Assembly (NCBI RefSeq): GCF_004010195.1
Contig: NC_057720.1
Span: forward strand, 8,210,615 to 8,273,882
Origin: Chiloscyllium plagiosum
Taxonomy: Eukaryota
Direction: 5' to 3'
DNA length: 63,268 nucleotides
The position numbers were made by a program, and so were the translations under genes. Of the stretch, positions 1-12,968 are shown in pieces; the stretch's first letter is position 1; every line of letters begins with the position of its first letter. The notes beneath the pieces were generated by a model. That model was not told the DNA's origin and ran no database searches. It was given only the letters and a program-made list of their open reading frames with translations.

Positions 1-530
1 AGGTGTCGGAGATGGTCCAGGTAAATTTAAGGTCAGGGTGGAATGTGTTGCTGAAGTTGATTAATTGCTCAACCTCCTCGCGGGAGCACGAGGTGGTGCC
101 AATGCAGTCATCAATGTAGCGGAGGAAGAGGTGGGGAGTGGTGCCGGTGTAATTACGGAAGATCGACTGTTCTACGTAGCCAACAAAGAGACAGGCATAG
201 CTGGGGCCCATACAGGTGTCCATGGCTACCCCTTTGGTCTGGAGGAAGTGGGAGGATTCGAAGGAGAAATTGTTAAGGGTGAGGACCAGTTCGGCCAAAC
301 AAATGAGAGTGTCGGTGGAAGGGTACTGTTGGGGACGTCGGGAGAGGAAGAAACGGAGGGCTTGGAGGCCCTGGTCATGGCGGATGGAGGTGTAGTGGGA
401 TTGGATATCCATGGTGACGATGAGGCGTTGGGGGCCGGGGAAACAGAAGTCTTGGAGGAGGTGGAGGGCGTGCTGGGTGGTGTCTCGTACGTATGTGGGG
501 AGTTCCTGGACTAGGGGGGAATAGGACAGT
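1..530 (-). mobile_element. Penelope-like element (family A), reverse transcriptase fragment
   Basis: The minus strand translates to ...LVLTLNNFSFESSHFLQTKGVAMDTCMGPSYACLFVGYVEQ...HLFLRYIDDCIG...FHPDLKFTW, giving PLE RT motifs including YIDD. It matches the sequence at 15945-16104 and runs off the window edge. Confidence 0.9.
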
Positions 531-584
531 TTTGTATCACTTTCATTCTCTCACGTGCCCAGTCAGCTAATAAAGAAGTTATTT

Positions 585-845
585 TAATTTACTCATCGGG
601 ATGTGGGCATTGCTGGCTGGCCAGCATTTATCACCCATCATTAACTGCCCTTGAGAAGGTGGTGCTGAGTTGTCTTCTTGAACTGCTGCAGGTTCTCACA
701 ATGCTGTTGGGAAAGGAGTCCCAAGATTTTGACACAGTGACACTAAAGGAACAACAATGTTTTTCCAAGTCAGGATGATGAGTGGCTTGAAGAGGAATTT
801 GCAGATGATGGTGTTCCCATGCTGTCCTGTTGCTAGTGGTCAGGG
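585..845 (-). mobile_element. 3' end of CR1/L2-group LINE (family Z)
   Basis: Homologous to 11040-11330, 57490-57735 and 62560-62820 (caagtcaggatg..gagtggcttg). Confidence 0.75.
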
Positions 846-1134
846 GTTTGGTCACATGTCCAGCCACCTTCCTTGATCTCTGTGTGTGCCTTTCAAGGTC
901 CATCTGTTCCTCTATGTTTCTCAATATCCTACTGTTTATTTAATATTCCCTTGCTTTGCCAGATTTTGGGTGTGTTGATTGAGAGAACAAAAGGTTGGAC
1001 TGGATATCAGACACAATAGTGCCTACCTGCAAAACAGTGCCACCAATTTTTTTTTCAGTGTCCTGAAGGGCCAGACAAAGCCATGGTTTAACATCTCTGT
1101 CTCCTGTCACTGCACAATGAACATCAAGATTATA

Positions 1135-1715
1135 CAGAGTCATAGAGTCATACAGCACGAAAACAGAACCTTCGGTCCAACCCGGCCAAACATATATCCT
1201 AAACTAATCTAGTCCCATTTGCCAGCATTTGGCCCATATCCTTCTAAACCCTTCCTATTCATGTACCTATCCAGGTGCTTTTTAAATGTTGTAATTAAAC
1301 CAACCTCCACCGCCTCCTCCGACAGCACGCACCACCCTCTACATGAAAAGGTTGCCCTTTGAGTCCCTTTTAAATCTTTCCCTTCTCACCTTAAACCTGT
1401 GCTCTCTCGTTCTGGACTCACCCACCCTGGGGAACATACCTTGTCTATTTACCCTATCCATGCCCTCATGATTTTATAAACCTCTATAAGATCACCCTTC
1501 AGCCTTGACGTTCCAGGGAAAACAGACTCAGCCCATTCAGCCTCTCCCTATAGCTCAAATCCTCCAACCCTGGCAACATTCCTGTCAATCTCTTCCAAAC
1601 CCTTTCAAGTTTCACAACATCCTTCCTATAGCAGGGAGACCAGAATTGAACACAATATTCCAAAAGTGGCCGAACCAATGTCCTTTACTGCTGCAACATA
1701 ATCAAACTGACTCCA
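1135..1715 (-). mobile_element. CR1 LINE 3' fragment (HER1-like)
   Basis: Ends in a (gagtcata) tail repeat. The antisense RT C-terminus (ERLN.L.LFSLE.RRL.GDLIEVYKI) is shared with many copies in the window. Confidence 0.9.
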
Positions 1716-2182
1716 AGGACTTGAATAGATTGGAATAAGGAGAATCTGTTTAAAATGCTCGCTGATATTCAACAGTATATTTTTAAAGCTGGATGTGTTT
1801 TCATTTTTTCCATTCATGTTTATGCCAGTTTGCCATATGCAGGCACTGGGTTGTTGATGTGAGTTGAACAGCGTATATGTGTGAGTTGCAGAAGTGTCAA
1901 TAAGGTACTGCTTTGAGTCCGTCTGATGCTTCAGACGAAAAAGAAAGAGATTTCCTCATTGCTGTGTGCTGAAATAATACTAACCAACATGTCACCCCTG
2001 TGACAAGCCTTGGTTTCAAATTAAAATGATGATGAGAAACAAGGAGAGAAACGGAGACAAAGGTAGAGGTCAAAACAGGTAGGAATTGAGAGAGAGAGAG
2101 AGGAGGAGGAACAGAGTTACAGATAGAGAAAAAGCAGGGAGAGAGGAAGAGAAATACAGAAAGTGGCAGAAACACACAGAGG

Positions 2183-2515
2183 GGCAGCTCAGTGGTTAGC
2201 ACTGCTGCCTCAGAGTGTCAGGGGACCCTGTTTGACTCCAGCCTCAGGCGACTGTCTGTGTGGAGTTTGCATGTCCGCCTTGTTTTGGTTTCCTCTGGGT
2301 TTTCCAGTTTCCCCCCACAACCAAAAATGTGCAGGTTAGGTGGATTGGCCATTCCACATTGTCCCGCAGTGTCCAGGGATGTGCACGCTAGTTGGGTTAG
2401 CCATGGGATATGCAGGGTTACAGGAGTAGGGTAGAGGGGTGAGTCTGGATGGAGTCCTATTTGGAGGGTCATTGTGGGTTGATAGTCTGCTTTTTGACTG
2501 CAGAGACTCTATTCT
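2183..2515 (+). mobile_element. tRNA-derived V-SINE (HE1-like)
   Basis: Head cagtggttagcactgctgcctca and central tgtgtggagtttgca...ggattggcca. Diverged copy of 37134-37453. Confidence 0.85.
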
Positions 2516-2604
2516 TTGATTCGAAAAAGAAAAGGGAAGTTATATGAGAGAAAAGCCGAAAGGCAGATGTAGCGATCACCAGAGTCCCACTCTGCCATGT
2601 GCTG

Positions 2605-2942
2605 TACTCGACTGGACTGGACTGGATTGAAATGGAATGGAATAGATTGGGCTGGGCTGGACTGTCCTGGATTAGAATGGAATGGATTGCACTGAACTGG
2701 GCTGGACTGGATTTACACTGGGCTGGACTGACTGGGGTGGGCTGGACTGGACTAACTGGATTGTACTGGACTGACCTGTAATGGACTAACTGAATTGTAC
2801 TGGACTGCAATTAATTGGACTGGACTGGAATGGAATGGAATGGTCTGGACTGGACTGGACTGGACTGGACTGGACTGGACTGGGCTGGGCTGGGCTGACT
2901 GGACTAAAGTGGATTGGAATGGAAAGGAATGGACTGGAACTC
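2605..2942. repeat. Degenerate pentamer microsatellite (TGGAC/TGGAA/TGGGC)n
   Basis: About 340 bp of 5-bp periodicity is directly visible. Confidence 0.95.
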
Positions 2943-3009
2943 AATATTGAATTCAATATGTTTATAACCTGAACACCTTCTTCCGTGTCCTTAACACACC
3001 CTAATACTC

Positions 3010-3310
3010 CAGGCCCTATCATCACATGGGCTGCTTTCAACACAGACAGCCGATTTTCACCTACTCATCGTCCCCATTATCAGTTTTTCTAAATCTCTAT
3101 GTATGCCTAACTGTCTTTCTCAATGTCCAGGCTCTGTCTTCACCTGTCCACCTACTCCTTTCCTCCCCACCCATACCCCCTCTCCCTCACTCCCATCTAC
3201 AACTTAAATCCATCTTTTCCCAGTAATTTTCAGCTCTGGACATGAAAAGTGATCTCTGTCTTTCATTTCATTGATGCTGCCAGAACTGTTGAGTTTCTCC
3301 AGCAAATTGT
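3010..3310 (+). mobile_element. Decayed PLE family D 3' end
   Basis: Ends in gatgctgccagaactgttgagtttctccagcaaat, the family D terminal module also seen at 38280-38370 and 55130-55220. Confidence 0.6.
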
Positions 3311-3434
3311 TGGACTGAATTGTATTGCACTGGAGCTTGCCTTGGAACTTTGGCCTTAAGAGCACACCAAGGATCTAAAACTTTGGACCAGTCAAGATCT
3401 GGTAAAGGTGAAGATGGGGGAATATAGGAGAGGA

Positions 3435-3478
3435 CCATCTCCATCTCCATCTCCATCTCCAACTCCATCTCCATCTCT
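3435..3478. repeat. (CCATCT)n hexamer microsatellite
   Basis: Visible tandem repeat; it explains the EMEMEM ORF. Confidence 0.9.
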
Positions 3479-4073
3479 CCCCATCATTGGCGAACTGGGC
3501 TCTAGTGGCAGAAGATGATGAACACTCAATCCACTTCCTTTCTTCATCATTTTACACATCTGCCTACCTCACAGCCTGTCCTAAAGGGCAGATGAAGTTT
3601 AATACTCCATCTGAAAGTTCTTTCTCCTTTTGGATTGGAGCGTCAAACAAAAGTCTCTTATCTCTGGGTAGGTATGAAAGACTGCACAGCACCACAAACT
3701 GCCAGGGCAGAGGAGAGCTCCCTGGTGTTCTCATTAATACTTTCTCCTCAGGGATCATCTTTGATGCAGCTGATTTGAAGCTGCTGCGTTTTTTTACATT
3801 CCAACAGTGACTTTACTTCACACAAGCAAGCCCAAATTTGTGGAAGGCACTGTATTGATGTACATCTGTCCTTTTTTTGTTTTTTTTTCTCTCCAGTGGC
3901 CATCTTTTACATGTAAACAACGAAGACCTTCAGATCTCACTGTCCCTGCACTTTACCACTCCAGGATCCGCTCCATAATGAGTGATGTGAACTGTTCCAA
4001 CATGCTCCACCTGCAGAGTCCCTAATTTCCCACAGGAATCTCTGGAAAGTGACTACTGTGTTGCTGCTTTAAG

Positions 4074-4170
4074 GGTCAAAAAGTGTAGCGCTGGAAAAGC
4101 ACAGCTGGTCAGGCAGCATCTGAGGAGCAGGACAGTTGATGTTTCGGGCAGAAGCCCTTCATCAGGAATG
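4074..4170 (-). mobile_element. PLE family A solo terminal module with hammerhead-like motif
   Basis: Minus strand 4170-4133 reads cattc CTGATGA a gggc ttct gccc GAAA ca tc aac. Confidence 0.85.
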
Positions 4171-4368
4171 TGGGCTTAAAGAACTGAAGATGCCGATGAA
4201 CCAAGACCTGAGATGATACAGTGTGACCAACAACAGTGAGGAGTTGCAGTAGTATGCTAGACCAAGGTTGTAGGCATAAGTTGCTCTGACATTGCAAGTG
4301 ACAAGTTTATCTGTCTCGTAAAAATTTTGAGATCTTCAAGTAAGTTGGAATTGGCTCATGGACATTTA

Positions 4369-4502
4369 TCTGGATCAGTGGTGCTGGAAGAGCACAGCAA
4401 TTCAGGCAGCATTCTGTCCTCGGATGCTGCCTGAATTGCTGTGCTCTTCCAGCACCACTGATCCAGAATCTGGTTTCCAGCATCTGCAGTCATTGTTTTT
4501 AC
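4369..4502. mobile_element. Palindromic PLE family A insertion
   Basis: Perfect inverted arms of about 43 bp (about 4369-4412 / 4424-4467). Flanked by a 14-bp TSD ctcatggacattta (4355-4368, 4503-4516). Confidence 0.9.
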
Positions 4503-4519
4503 CTCATGGACATTTAGCC

Positions 4520-5340
4520 AATTGTTTCTGTGCCAATCAACAAAGACCTGATGACACTAATCCCATTTTCTAGCTCTTGACCCACAGCCCTGAGGCTATA
4601 GCAATACATATAAGTATTTAAATATTGCTTCATGAGAGTTTCTGACTCAACCACCCTTTCAGACAGTGAGTTCCAGGCTCCTATCACCATCCAACTGAAA
4701 ATGTTTCCCCTCAACTCTGTTCTTAGCCTTCTACATCTGACTTTAAATCTATGGCCCCTGCTTAATAATCCATCTACTAATGGAAAAGTACCTTCCTGTC
4801 CATTCTATCTCCTACTCTTATAATCTTCTATATCTCTATCAGGTCCCCTCTCAAACTCTTAGGAATCAACCCCAGCCTATTCAATCTTTCCTCACAACTC
4901 AGACCCTCTAGTCCAGGCAAATCTGCTCTGCACCCTCTCTAATGCAATTATATACCTCCTATAGTGACCAGAACTGCACACAGAGCTCCAATTGTTGCCT
5001 AACCAGATTTTATATAGTTCCAGCATAACCTCCATACTATAGTATTTCATATCTCAACTAATAAATGTAAGTATCCCACATGCCTATCTTCAGGGATCTA
5101 TGCATTTGTATATCAAAGTACTCCTGACCTTCAGTACTTTTCGGGGTCCTAACATTCATGGTGCACTCCCTTCTCTTGTTAGCCTCCACCCAGTGCATCA
5201 GCTCAATCTTTTCCAGGTTGAATTCCATTTGTCACTGCTCTGACCAGTCTGCTGATATCCTCCTGCAGCTTCTAAATATCCTCACTATTTATCAATATTC
5301 CTGTCATCTGTGAACTTCTTGATCAAACCTGTTAGAAGTA
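4520..5340 (-). mobile_element. Old CR1-group LINE 3' fragment
   Basis: Antisense RGNIFSWMVIGAWNSLSERVVES resembles the CR1 RT C-terminus; CR1-like sequence continues to about 5340. Confidence 0.7.
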
Positions 5341-6491
5341 TAATTAAATTGTTATGTAAAGCAGGGACCCTAACACTGACTTCAATCCAGTATGACAGTG
5401 GTAATTCTGTGTCAGGAAAAGAACACGAGAAAATGATAATGACCAGAAGTAATCGAGAATTTTTTTATTCACCACTTTTGTTATCGCTGCGTAAGTCTCA
5501 GGCCAATTATCACATCCTAAGTAACCTAACTAACCCTAACCCTGTATCCCCAAGTAGACAACATTTTTATCTCCCACTTTCACTATCACCCAATAGACCT
5601 CAGGCCAATAATCATACCTTAAGTATCTCTAACCCTAATCTTAACCTTCAAATGTGGTCAATGCACCAAGATGGTCTAGTGTTTGAACTTATGATCTTCA
5701 TTGCCTGGATATTGATGAGTCAGGCCTTTTTCACAACAAGCCACTGGGAGCGAAGCCATGATGGATTTGGTTGCTATGGTGAAATCGGGTAACGTTTTAT
5801 TATTTGGCTTCAATGTGTTTATCATTTTTAGTTTCGCAGCCTGTAGTGAAATGAGCTGTCAGCAGAATTTATTTATTTTTGAACACATAGCGCAACCCAC
5901 AGATAATGAGCTAGTAATTATAGACTGTTTTTTTAACATAACGCAATAATGAAATAAAACACAGCTAATGGAAAAATAGCAATTTACTATGACAGCTGAC
6001 ACGACTTAATGAATTCAAGATTATCATTGAGTTCAACGCCTTAATTGTTTTCAAGAAAATACTTTGAATTTGGTTTTTAAAAGATGGAAATGATAATAGC
6101 AGAAGAAAATAAACTGATTTAATGCGAGCTCTGGCCTTTAAGAAGGAGAAAAACTGAGAGGAGCCATGTTTTATTTGCAGTGTTTTGAGCCAGATTTCAA
6201 TCTAATTATTTGGGTCAATTGTTTTCCTGAAGCCCTGTATAACTTCACTTATCCCAGCAATCTCGTGGCTCAGGGGTTCATATGCTAGGCTCTGAATTAC
6301 ACGGCAGTGGGATCAAGTCTGGATCCAATTCCAGGATGGCAGCTGCTGTATCAGGTGCTGGAGATCTGATCACGTCAGACTGAGATGTTTTTTGGTGCAT
6401 TAAAACTTACACCCTCTTTCATTCACCCAACCTCATCTCCCTTCTGCAGGGCTAATTTCCTTTTCTGTGTTTGTGACATTGCAGGTATTGT

Positions 6492-6764
6492 ATAGAATCC
6501 CGACAGTGTGGAAACAGGTTATTTGGCCCTTCAAGTCCACAGCGATGTTCTGAAGGAGAGTATCCCACTCAAACCCACCCCCTACACTATAACCCGGTAT
6601 TTCCCATGGCTAATCCACCAATTTTGGGAGGAAACCAGAACACCTGGGGGGAAACTCACACAGACATGGAGAGAAAGGAAAAATTCCACAAAGTCACCCA
6701 AGGGTCGAATTGAACCTGGTTACCTGACGTTGTGAGACAGCAGTGCTAACCACTGAACCACCGT
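6492..6764 (-). mobile_element. V-SINE (HE1-like), internally deleted
   Basis: Antisense head cagcagtgctaaccactg and tail gtggaaacagg. Confidence 0.85.
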
Positions 6765-6927
6765 ATATACTAGGATTATAGAACCTGGGAACAAGATTGA
6801 GCCATCCAGCCTATATGAGCCTGCTCCTCCATTTAGTAAGACCATAGCTTACCTGATTGTGTTCTCCAGCTAACTTTCCTGTCAACCTCTCATAGCTCTT
6901 GACTTCCTTGTCTAGCAAACAATAGAG

Positions 6928-7316
6928 GCAGAAGTGGGTGCTGCAGATGCTGGAGATTAGAATCAAGATTAGAATGGTGCTGGAAAAACACAGCAGGTCA
7001 GGCAGCATACGAGGAGCAGGAAAATTGATGTTTCGGGCAAGATTCCTTCATCAGGAATGAGGCTGGGAGGCTCAGGGGTGGAGAGATAAATGGAAGATAT
7101 GGGTGGATCTGAGAGTGCAATAGGTGGATGGAGGTGGGGATGAAGGTGATAGGTCGGAGAGGAGGGTGGAGTGGATAGGTGAGAAGGAAGATTGGAAGGT
7201 AGGACAGGTCCTGATGATGGTGCTGAGCTGGCAGGTTGGAACTGAGGTAAGGTGGGGGGAGGGGAAATGAGGAAACTGGTGAAGTCCACATTGATGCCCT
7301 GGGGTTGAAGGGTTCC
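6928..7316 (-). mobile_element. PLE family A 3' end (GIY-YIG C-terminus, UTR and terminal module)
   Basis: Minus strand encodes TLQPQGINVDFTSF; hammerhead-like motif at about 7025-7059. Confidence 0.85.
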
Positions 7317-7351
7317 TCAGAGTTGAAGTGTTACCTCAGAGATTTAAGTAG

Positions 7352-7592
7352 AATTCTGAGATTGTGGTTCAAATCCCACCATAGCGGAACTTGAATTTCA
7401 ATAAATAAATAAATAAATAATAACCTGGATCTTAGAGCCAAATAGTGACCATGAAACCATTGTCAATTGTTGGGAAAAAGAAATCATCTGATACACTAAT
7501 CCTATTTAGAGTTGGAAACTGCTGTTCTGACAAGTTTTGGCCTCCATGTGATTCCAGACCCACAGCAATATAGTTGGCTCTTAATTGCCTCC
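7352..7592 (+). mobile_element. tRNA-head SINE family E fragment
   Basis: B-box ggttcaaatccc, and the body matches 25966-26278. Confidence 0.75.
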
Positions 7593-8613
7593 TCATCCTG
7601 AAAAAGGGTTTTACCCGAAACGTTGATTTCTCCACCTCCTGATGCTGCCTGGCTTGCTGTGTTCTTCTAGCCTCTTGTTTGTGAATTTCAGTGACACAGC
7701 CTCCATTACCCTCTGTGGATTAGAACTTCACAAACCAAGGACTCTCTGAGAGAAACTAATTCTCCTATCCCTATCTTAAACCATGTCCATAAGTTTTCAT
7801 CTTCCCTGCAAGAGGATACACTTTCCCAATCTATTCATCTCTGTCCATCCCTTCAAGTTTGATATGTTCCAGTGTAATAACATGGCTAAGATCACTATTC
7901 AGATTGAACAAGAAATAAAACAATAAACAGAGCGGTAGTGATGGGTGATTACACTTTCACCACAGAACAAGCCCTATAACTTCCTACAGCCTTCTGCGAT
8001 CTCTGTATTCTTCCAATTCTGGTATCCACTACATCCCCAAATTCCTTTGCCCCATCACCAATGTGGTCTGGGTCCCGAGTTCTGAAATTTATTGCTATGC
8101 CTCACTATCATAGCAAGATGCAAAACAAATCCTGCTATTCTCAAAATCATTACATAAGTTATAAATTGGATCAAAGTGCACAAATTCCTCAATTGACCCA
8201 TCTGGAAGACTCAGGTTAACAGAAAATATGGAACAGGTTTGTGAAACTAGCAGGAATTATTTTTAGCATTTCGAAAAAAACAGATTCTAACTACAGATGA
8301 ACAACTATGATCTGTATATATCTAATTATTAAAATTCTAGTCCTCTTCTAAAGATCCCCCAGACACATGTACCGACAGACAGAAAAAGGGGGAGAAATGT
8401 TGAGGAGGCTGTTCATTGACATCAGTCAGAGTCATAGAGATGTACAGCAAGGAAACAAACCCATCGGACCAACACGTCCATGCTGACCAGATATCCCAAC
8501 ATCCTCTAGTCCCTCTAAATCCTTCCTATTCACATAATGTGATGCCTTTTAAATGCTGCAATTGTACCATGCTATAGTCTGAAGGCTTCTGCCAATATTG
8601 TCAACACTCTAAA

Positions 8614-8815
8614 GCTAGGAGGAAGTAAGGACTGCAGATGCTGGAGATCAGAGTCGAGAGTGTGGGGCTGGAAAAGCACAGCAGGTCAGGCTGCATTTGA
8701 AGAGCAGGAGAATCGACGGTTTGGGAAGAACCTTTCCTGATGAAAGGATCTTGCCTGAAACATTGATTCTCCTTCTCCTTGGATGCTGCCTGACTGCTGT
8801 GCTTTTCTAGCACCA
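8614..8815. mobile_element. Palindromic PLE family A insertion
   Basis: Inverted terminal modules flanked by a 12-bp TSD caacactctaaa (8602-8613, 8816-8827). Confidence 0.88.
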
Positions 8816-10239
8816 CAACACTCTAAATGTCTTCAGCTACCAATGAGTCAATCAGACAGTTGTTGTCAGTCTGATGGCTTTGGCATGCGCAAAGGGGTCG
8901 CAAGTCCACAAACCAATCAGTTCCTTGTTGCTGACTGAATTTCACTTTGCATAAAACCTCTGACACCGGCCCCTCTCCTCTCACACATTCCCTTTCTGCT
9001 TACAAACCAAACAGTGTTATAACAGGGCCTCAATAACTAGCTTTTTAAAACGACAGCAATTCCTTCCTGTGTCCTTTATTAAAAAATAGTCCTTTTTCCC
9101 AAATCAGTGCACAATTAAAAATGAAGTAAAATTTTAAAAAGGTGTGGTCTTTACACTTCCTTTAAGATGTTCCTAAAAAATGAGTCTTTGACTAAGCTTC
9201 CAAAGTATTTCATAGGGCAATGTCAGATGATATTTTGGCAGTAAGCTACATAAGGAGATATGAAGATAGATGAGCTGACGTGTGGTCAAAGAGGTAGGTT
9301 TGATGAAATATCTTAAAGAAGGAGAAGTGGAAGTGAGTTTTAGGGAGAATGTCTATTTTCTGAATAATACCTCTCAGTCCTTACTGTACTTTTCTTCCAA
9401 ATGATACATCACCATCTCTGATATGTTGCCTTGTTTTGAGTGGAACCTCATGGTGTGGGCTAAAATAATGGTCTTGCATCAACTGCAACATTCTAAATTG
9501 ACTGCTTTCACTTTCTGCCCACTGATGATTGCCTTGCTAGATGATTTCACCGACAAGCGTTGTATGATGCATCTCAGATTAATAATAGGGGACCTTCCCT
9601 GAGTACTAAACATATCTTACATCATAGGCCCAGTGCCTTGAAAGTGGTTTTCAAGTTCTGAAGTATATAACTCATCATAATTACAGCAGTGACAATCTAT
9701 CACTGACTCATTGATTTTCTTTTTTTTTTTGCGCTTTCAAAATGCACTTAGAGAAATAAAACAAATGCTTAGGCAATTCAAACTGTCCTTTTTCCACCAA
9801 CATGTGTTTTGACTGTGTCTTCTCGATAATAATTTGTCAAAGCCCTTGTGTTTGTAAAACAAATTGAGCTTGATAGTAGTTTGTGGTCGCTGGGATTTCA
9901 GGCAATGTTTCCAACGTTTGTTACTCAGCTACTCATTTCCTCAGAAGTGATAACGTTTTGAATCAAAAGCTAAGCAGGTGCAGTAAATTGGGATTTGCAC
10001 ACTTTTAATGGTAGCTATGTTAGTGCACACTCTATGGTCTGAGTGGTCTTTTCTGCATTGCATGAATCCATGAATCTAAGCAAGGCTCACTCCAGAGCAC
10101 GTAAGCTAGCTTTACCTTCCTGGACATTGCCCAGGAAGCACTGCATGTCAAAGGTGCCACCCCTTTCATTTAATTGCCAAATACGAGCCCATATCTCTGT
10201 CTTAAATTGGCAACTGAATCAAAGTATGCAATGATTACT

Positions 10240-10790
10240 GAACAAGTGGAGGCCATTCAGCCAATTGTCTCCATTCCTACTTTCTGAAAGAACAATTCAG
10301 CCAGTCCCACTCTTCCACCTTTTACCCTTCATCCTTTTTGTTTTCTTTTTGTGTCCAATTCCCAATTTGGGTCCAGATCCAATTCCCTCCTGAACACCAT
10401 GATTGAATTTGACTCCGACATATGTTCGGTGAGTGAATTCTGGATCTAATATTGTGCAAAGGTTTTTTCTTCTCTCTCATGAACCCTTTGGCTCGTCTGC
10501 CACTCATCTTAAAACAGTGTCCTCCAGATCTCAGCCGTTCCACCTTCAGGAACACTTTATTCCTACCTAGTCTATCCAGAGACTCTGAGCTACTCTACCT
10601 AACTTTGTCCCAACCTCCTCTCCTCTAAAGAGCAGAACCTCGGCTGCTCCAACCTATCGACATTACTGAAGTTCTTCACACCTGGAATAATTCTTATAAC
10701 CCGTTTCTGCACCTCTAGCGTCTCTCCATCCTTCTTAAAGTATAGTGTGCCCACAACTGGGTGCACTATTTCAGCTGAGGCCAGACGGCC
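10240..10790 (-). mobile_element. Old CR1 3' fragment
   Basis: Antisense ETLEVQKRVIRIIPGVKNFSNVDRLEQ resembles the CR1 RT C-terminus. Confidence 0.7.
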
Positions 10791-11039
10791 ATTAGTTGAA
10801 ATCCACCAGATAGCTCTTCTGACATTCTGGTCGAGATACGTATGGGAAAATGTAGAATTAGCAGTGGGAATATGCAATTCAGCTGTTCATTTGATCGTTT
10901 TCAATGTGCATTAAGATTAAAGGAAGTCTGGTTAACCATCTATTTTGTTAATCATTTGAAATGCATTCATTTCTGATACATAGGGATTGACCCGAAATGT
11001 GAATCTTGCTTCTCCTATCCTACGGAATGTCTTGTTTGT

Positions 11040-11935
11040 TATTCATTTGGGGGATGTGACCATCAATAGCTGGGCCAGCATTTGTTGCCAATCCTTAATT
11101 TTCCTTGAGAATATAGTGGAGTCTTTTCCTGAACCACTACAGTCCCTGTAGTGTAAGTACAACAGTAGTGCTATTTGGGAGGGAATTCCAGGATTTTCAC
11201 CCAGCAACAGTGAAGGAACGGCAATATATTTCCAAGTCAGGATGGTGAGTGGCTTGGAGGGGAATTTGCATAGGGTAGTATTCCCTTGTATCTGCTACCC
11301 TTGTCTTTCTAGATGTAGTAGTCATGGTTTGAAAGGTGTCACCTTAGGAGCCTTCGTGAATTTTTGCCATGCATCTTGTAGATAGTGCACATTGCTGCTA
11401 CTGAGTGTTGGTGGTAGAGGGAGTGGATGCTTGTGGAGGTGGTGTATATCAAACGGGTTGCTTTGTCCTGAATGGTGTCAAGCTTCTTGAGTGTTGTTGG
11501 GGCTGCACTCATCCAGGGAAGTGGAGAGTATTCCATCACACTCCTGACTTGTGTCTTGTGGAAAGGCTTTGAGGAGCTGGGAGGTGAGCAACTCTCTGCA
11601 GGATTCCCAGCCTCTGACTGGCTCTTGTAGCCACAGTATTTACATGACCAGTCCAGCTCAGTTTCTGGCTAATGGAAACCCTGAGAACATTGTTAGTGGG
11701 AGAGTCACTGACAGTAGTGCCATTGAATATGAAGGGCTGATGTTTAGTTTCTCTCTTACATTGGATGGTCATTACCTGGCACTTGTGTTGTTCAAATGCT
11801 ACTTACATTTTGTCAGCCCAAACCTGGATATAATGCAGATCTCTATGCATTTTGACATTTACTGCTTCTGTATCAGAGGATTTGCAAATGATGCTGAAGA
11901 TTGTGCAGTCATCAGCGAAGATCTCCATGTCTGAC
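11040..11935 (-). mobile_element. CR1/L2-group LINE (family Z), RT C-terminal region and 3' UTR
   Basis: ORF fragments ...KLSWTGHVNTVATRASQRLGILQR and MEYSPLPWMSAAPTTLKKLDTIQDKATRLI are typical post-RT segments of CR1/L2-group LINEs. Confidence 0.85.
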
Positions 11936-12091
11936 TGATGCTGTCTGATGTGCAGGCTGATTCTAACTTTGTTATTTTTATTTTAACTATTCATTTGCTT
12001 TTTTCTTAATCTTGCTTTGCACAAAATGTAGTTGGCACTTGTCGAGTAACAACAATTCAAAATTTAACTTATTGCAGTCACAAGACTTCAA

Positions 12092-12830
12092 ATTTACCAA
12101 CCTCTCAGAAACAGAACAGGAAATGACAACACCCACCACAACAAATCAAGACAGATAAATATCAAGTGAGCCTCCGGTGAAGTGCTGGTATTCTGTCCCA
12201 CTTGATATTTATCTGTCTCGGTTTGTTGTGGTGGGTAATGTCATTTCCGGTTCTGTTTCTGAGAGGTTGGTAAATGGGGTCCAACTTGATGTGTTTGTTA
12301 ATGCCAGGCCTCTAGGAATTCCTGTACATGTATTTGTTTAATCTGTTCCAGATGGATGTATTGTCCCAGTCGAACTGGTATCCCTCTTTGTCTGTGTTTA
12401 CAGATATCAGTGATAGTTGGTCATGTCTTTTGGTGGCTAGCTGGTGCTCATGTATGCTGGTGACTAGTTTCCTGCCCGTTTGTCCAATGTAGAGTTTGCT
12501 GTAGTCCTCGCAGGAGATTTTGTATATGATGTTTGTTTTGTTGGTTGTTGGTGCGGGGTGCTTTAAGTTCATCAGGAGCTGTTTCATTGTAGTTGTCAGT
12601 TTGTAGGCTACCATGATACTGAGGGGTCGGAGTAGTCAGGTCATCATCTCTGAGATGACTTTAATGTATGGCAGGGTGGCTAGAGTCTCCAGGCATTTTG
12701 TGTCTTCTTGTTTGGGTCTATTGTGCAGGAATCGGTGGACTGCGCTTGTTGGGAACCCATTCTTCCTAAATACGTTGTATAAGCGCTTTTTCTTGGCTTC
12801 TCGCAGTTCTCATAAGGGTATTTCCTGAGA
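12092..12830 (-). mobile_element. PLE family C, GIY-YIG endonuclease fragment with inverted end
   Basis: NIIYKISC...KLYIGQTGRKL..IHEH is a GIY-YIG motif. Inverted repeat at about 12092-12168 / 12200-12275. Confidence 0.9.
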
Positions 12831-12887
12831 GTTATGTGAAGAATGCAAATATTTTTTAAAATTCAGAATGAGCTTATATCATAAAGA

Positions 12888-12968
12888 TCTGGAAAAGCAC
12901 AGCAGGTCAGGCAGCATCCAAGGAGCGGGAAAATCAATGTTTCCAGGCATAAGCCCTTCATCATGAAT
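12888..12968 (-). mobile_element. PLE family A solo module
   Basis: ctggaaaagcacagcaggtcaggcagcatcc...agcccttcatc. Confidence 0.8.

Noticed and set aside
65..514. 149-aa plus-strand ORF
   Set aside because: It is the antisense shadow of the Penelope RT on the minus strand.
2469..3043. SPVQ and WTGL repeat ORFs
   Set aside because: They are translations of the pentamer microsatellite.
3487..3810. Overlapping ORFs in unique-looking sequence
   Set aside because: No domain or splice support; probably a decayed unclassified repeat.
4369..4502. DNA-transposon MITE interpretation of the palindromes
   Set aside because: The arms are asymmetric, TSD lengths vary (9-15 bp), and the sequence equals the PLE 3' module at 17190-17278.
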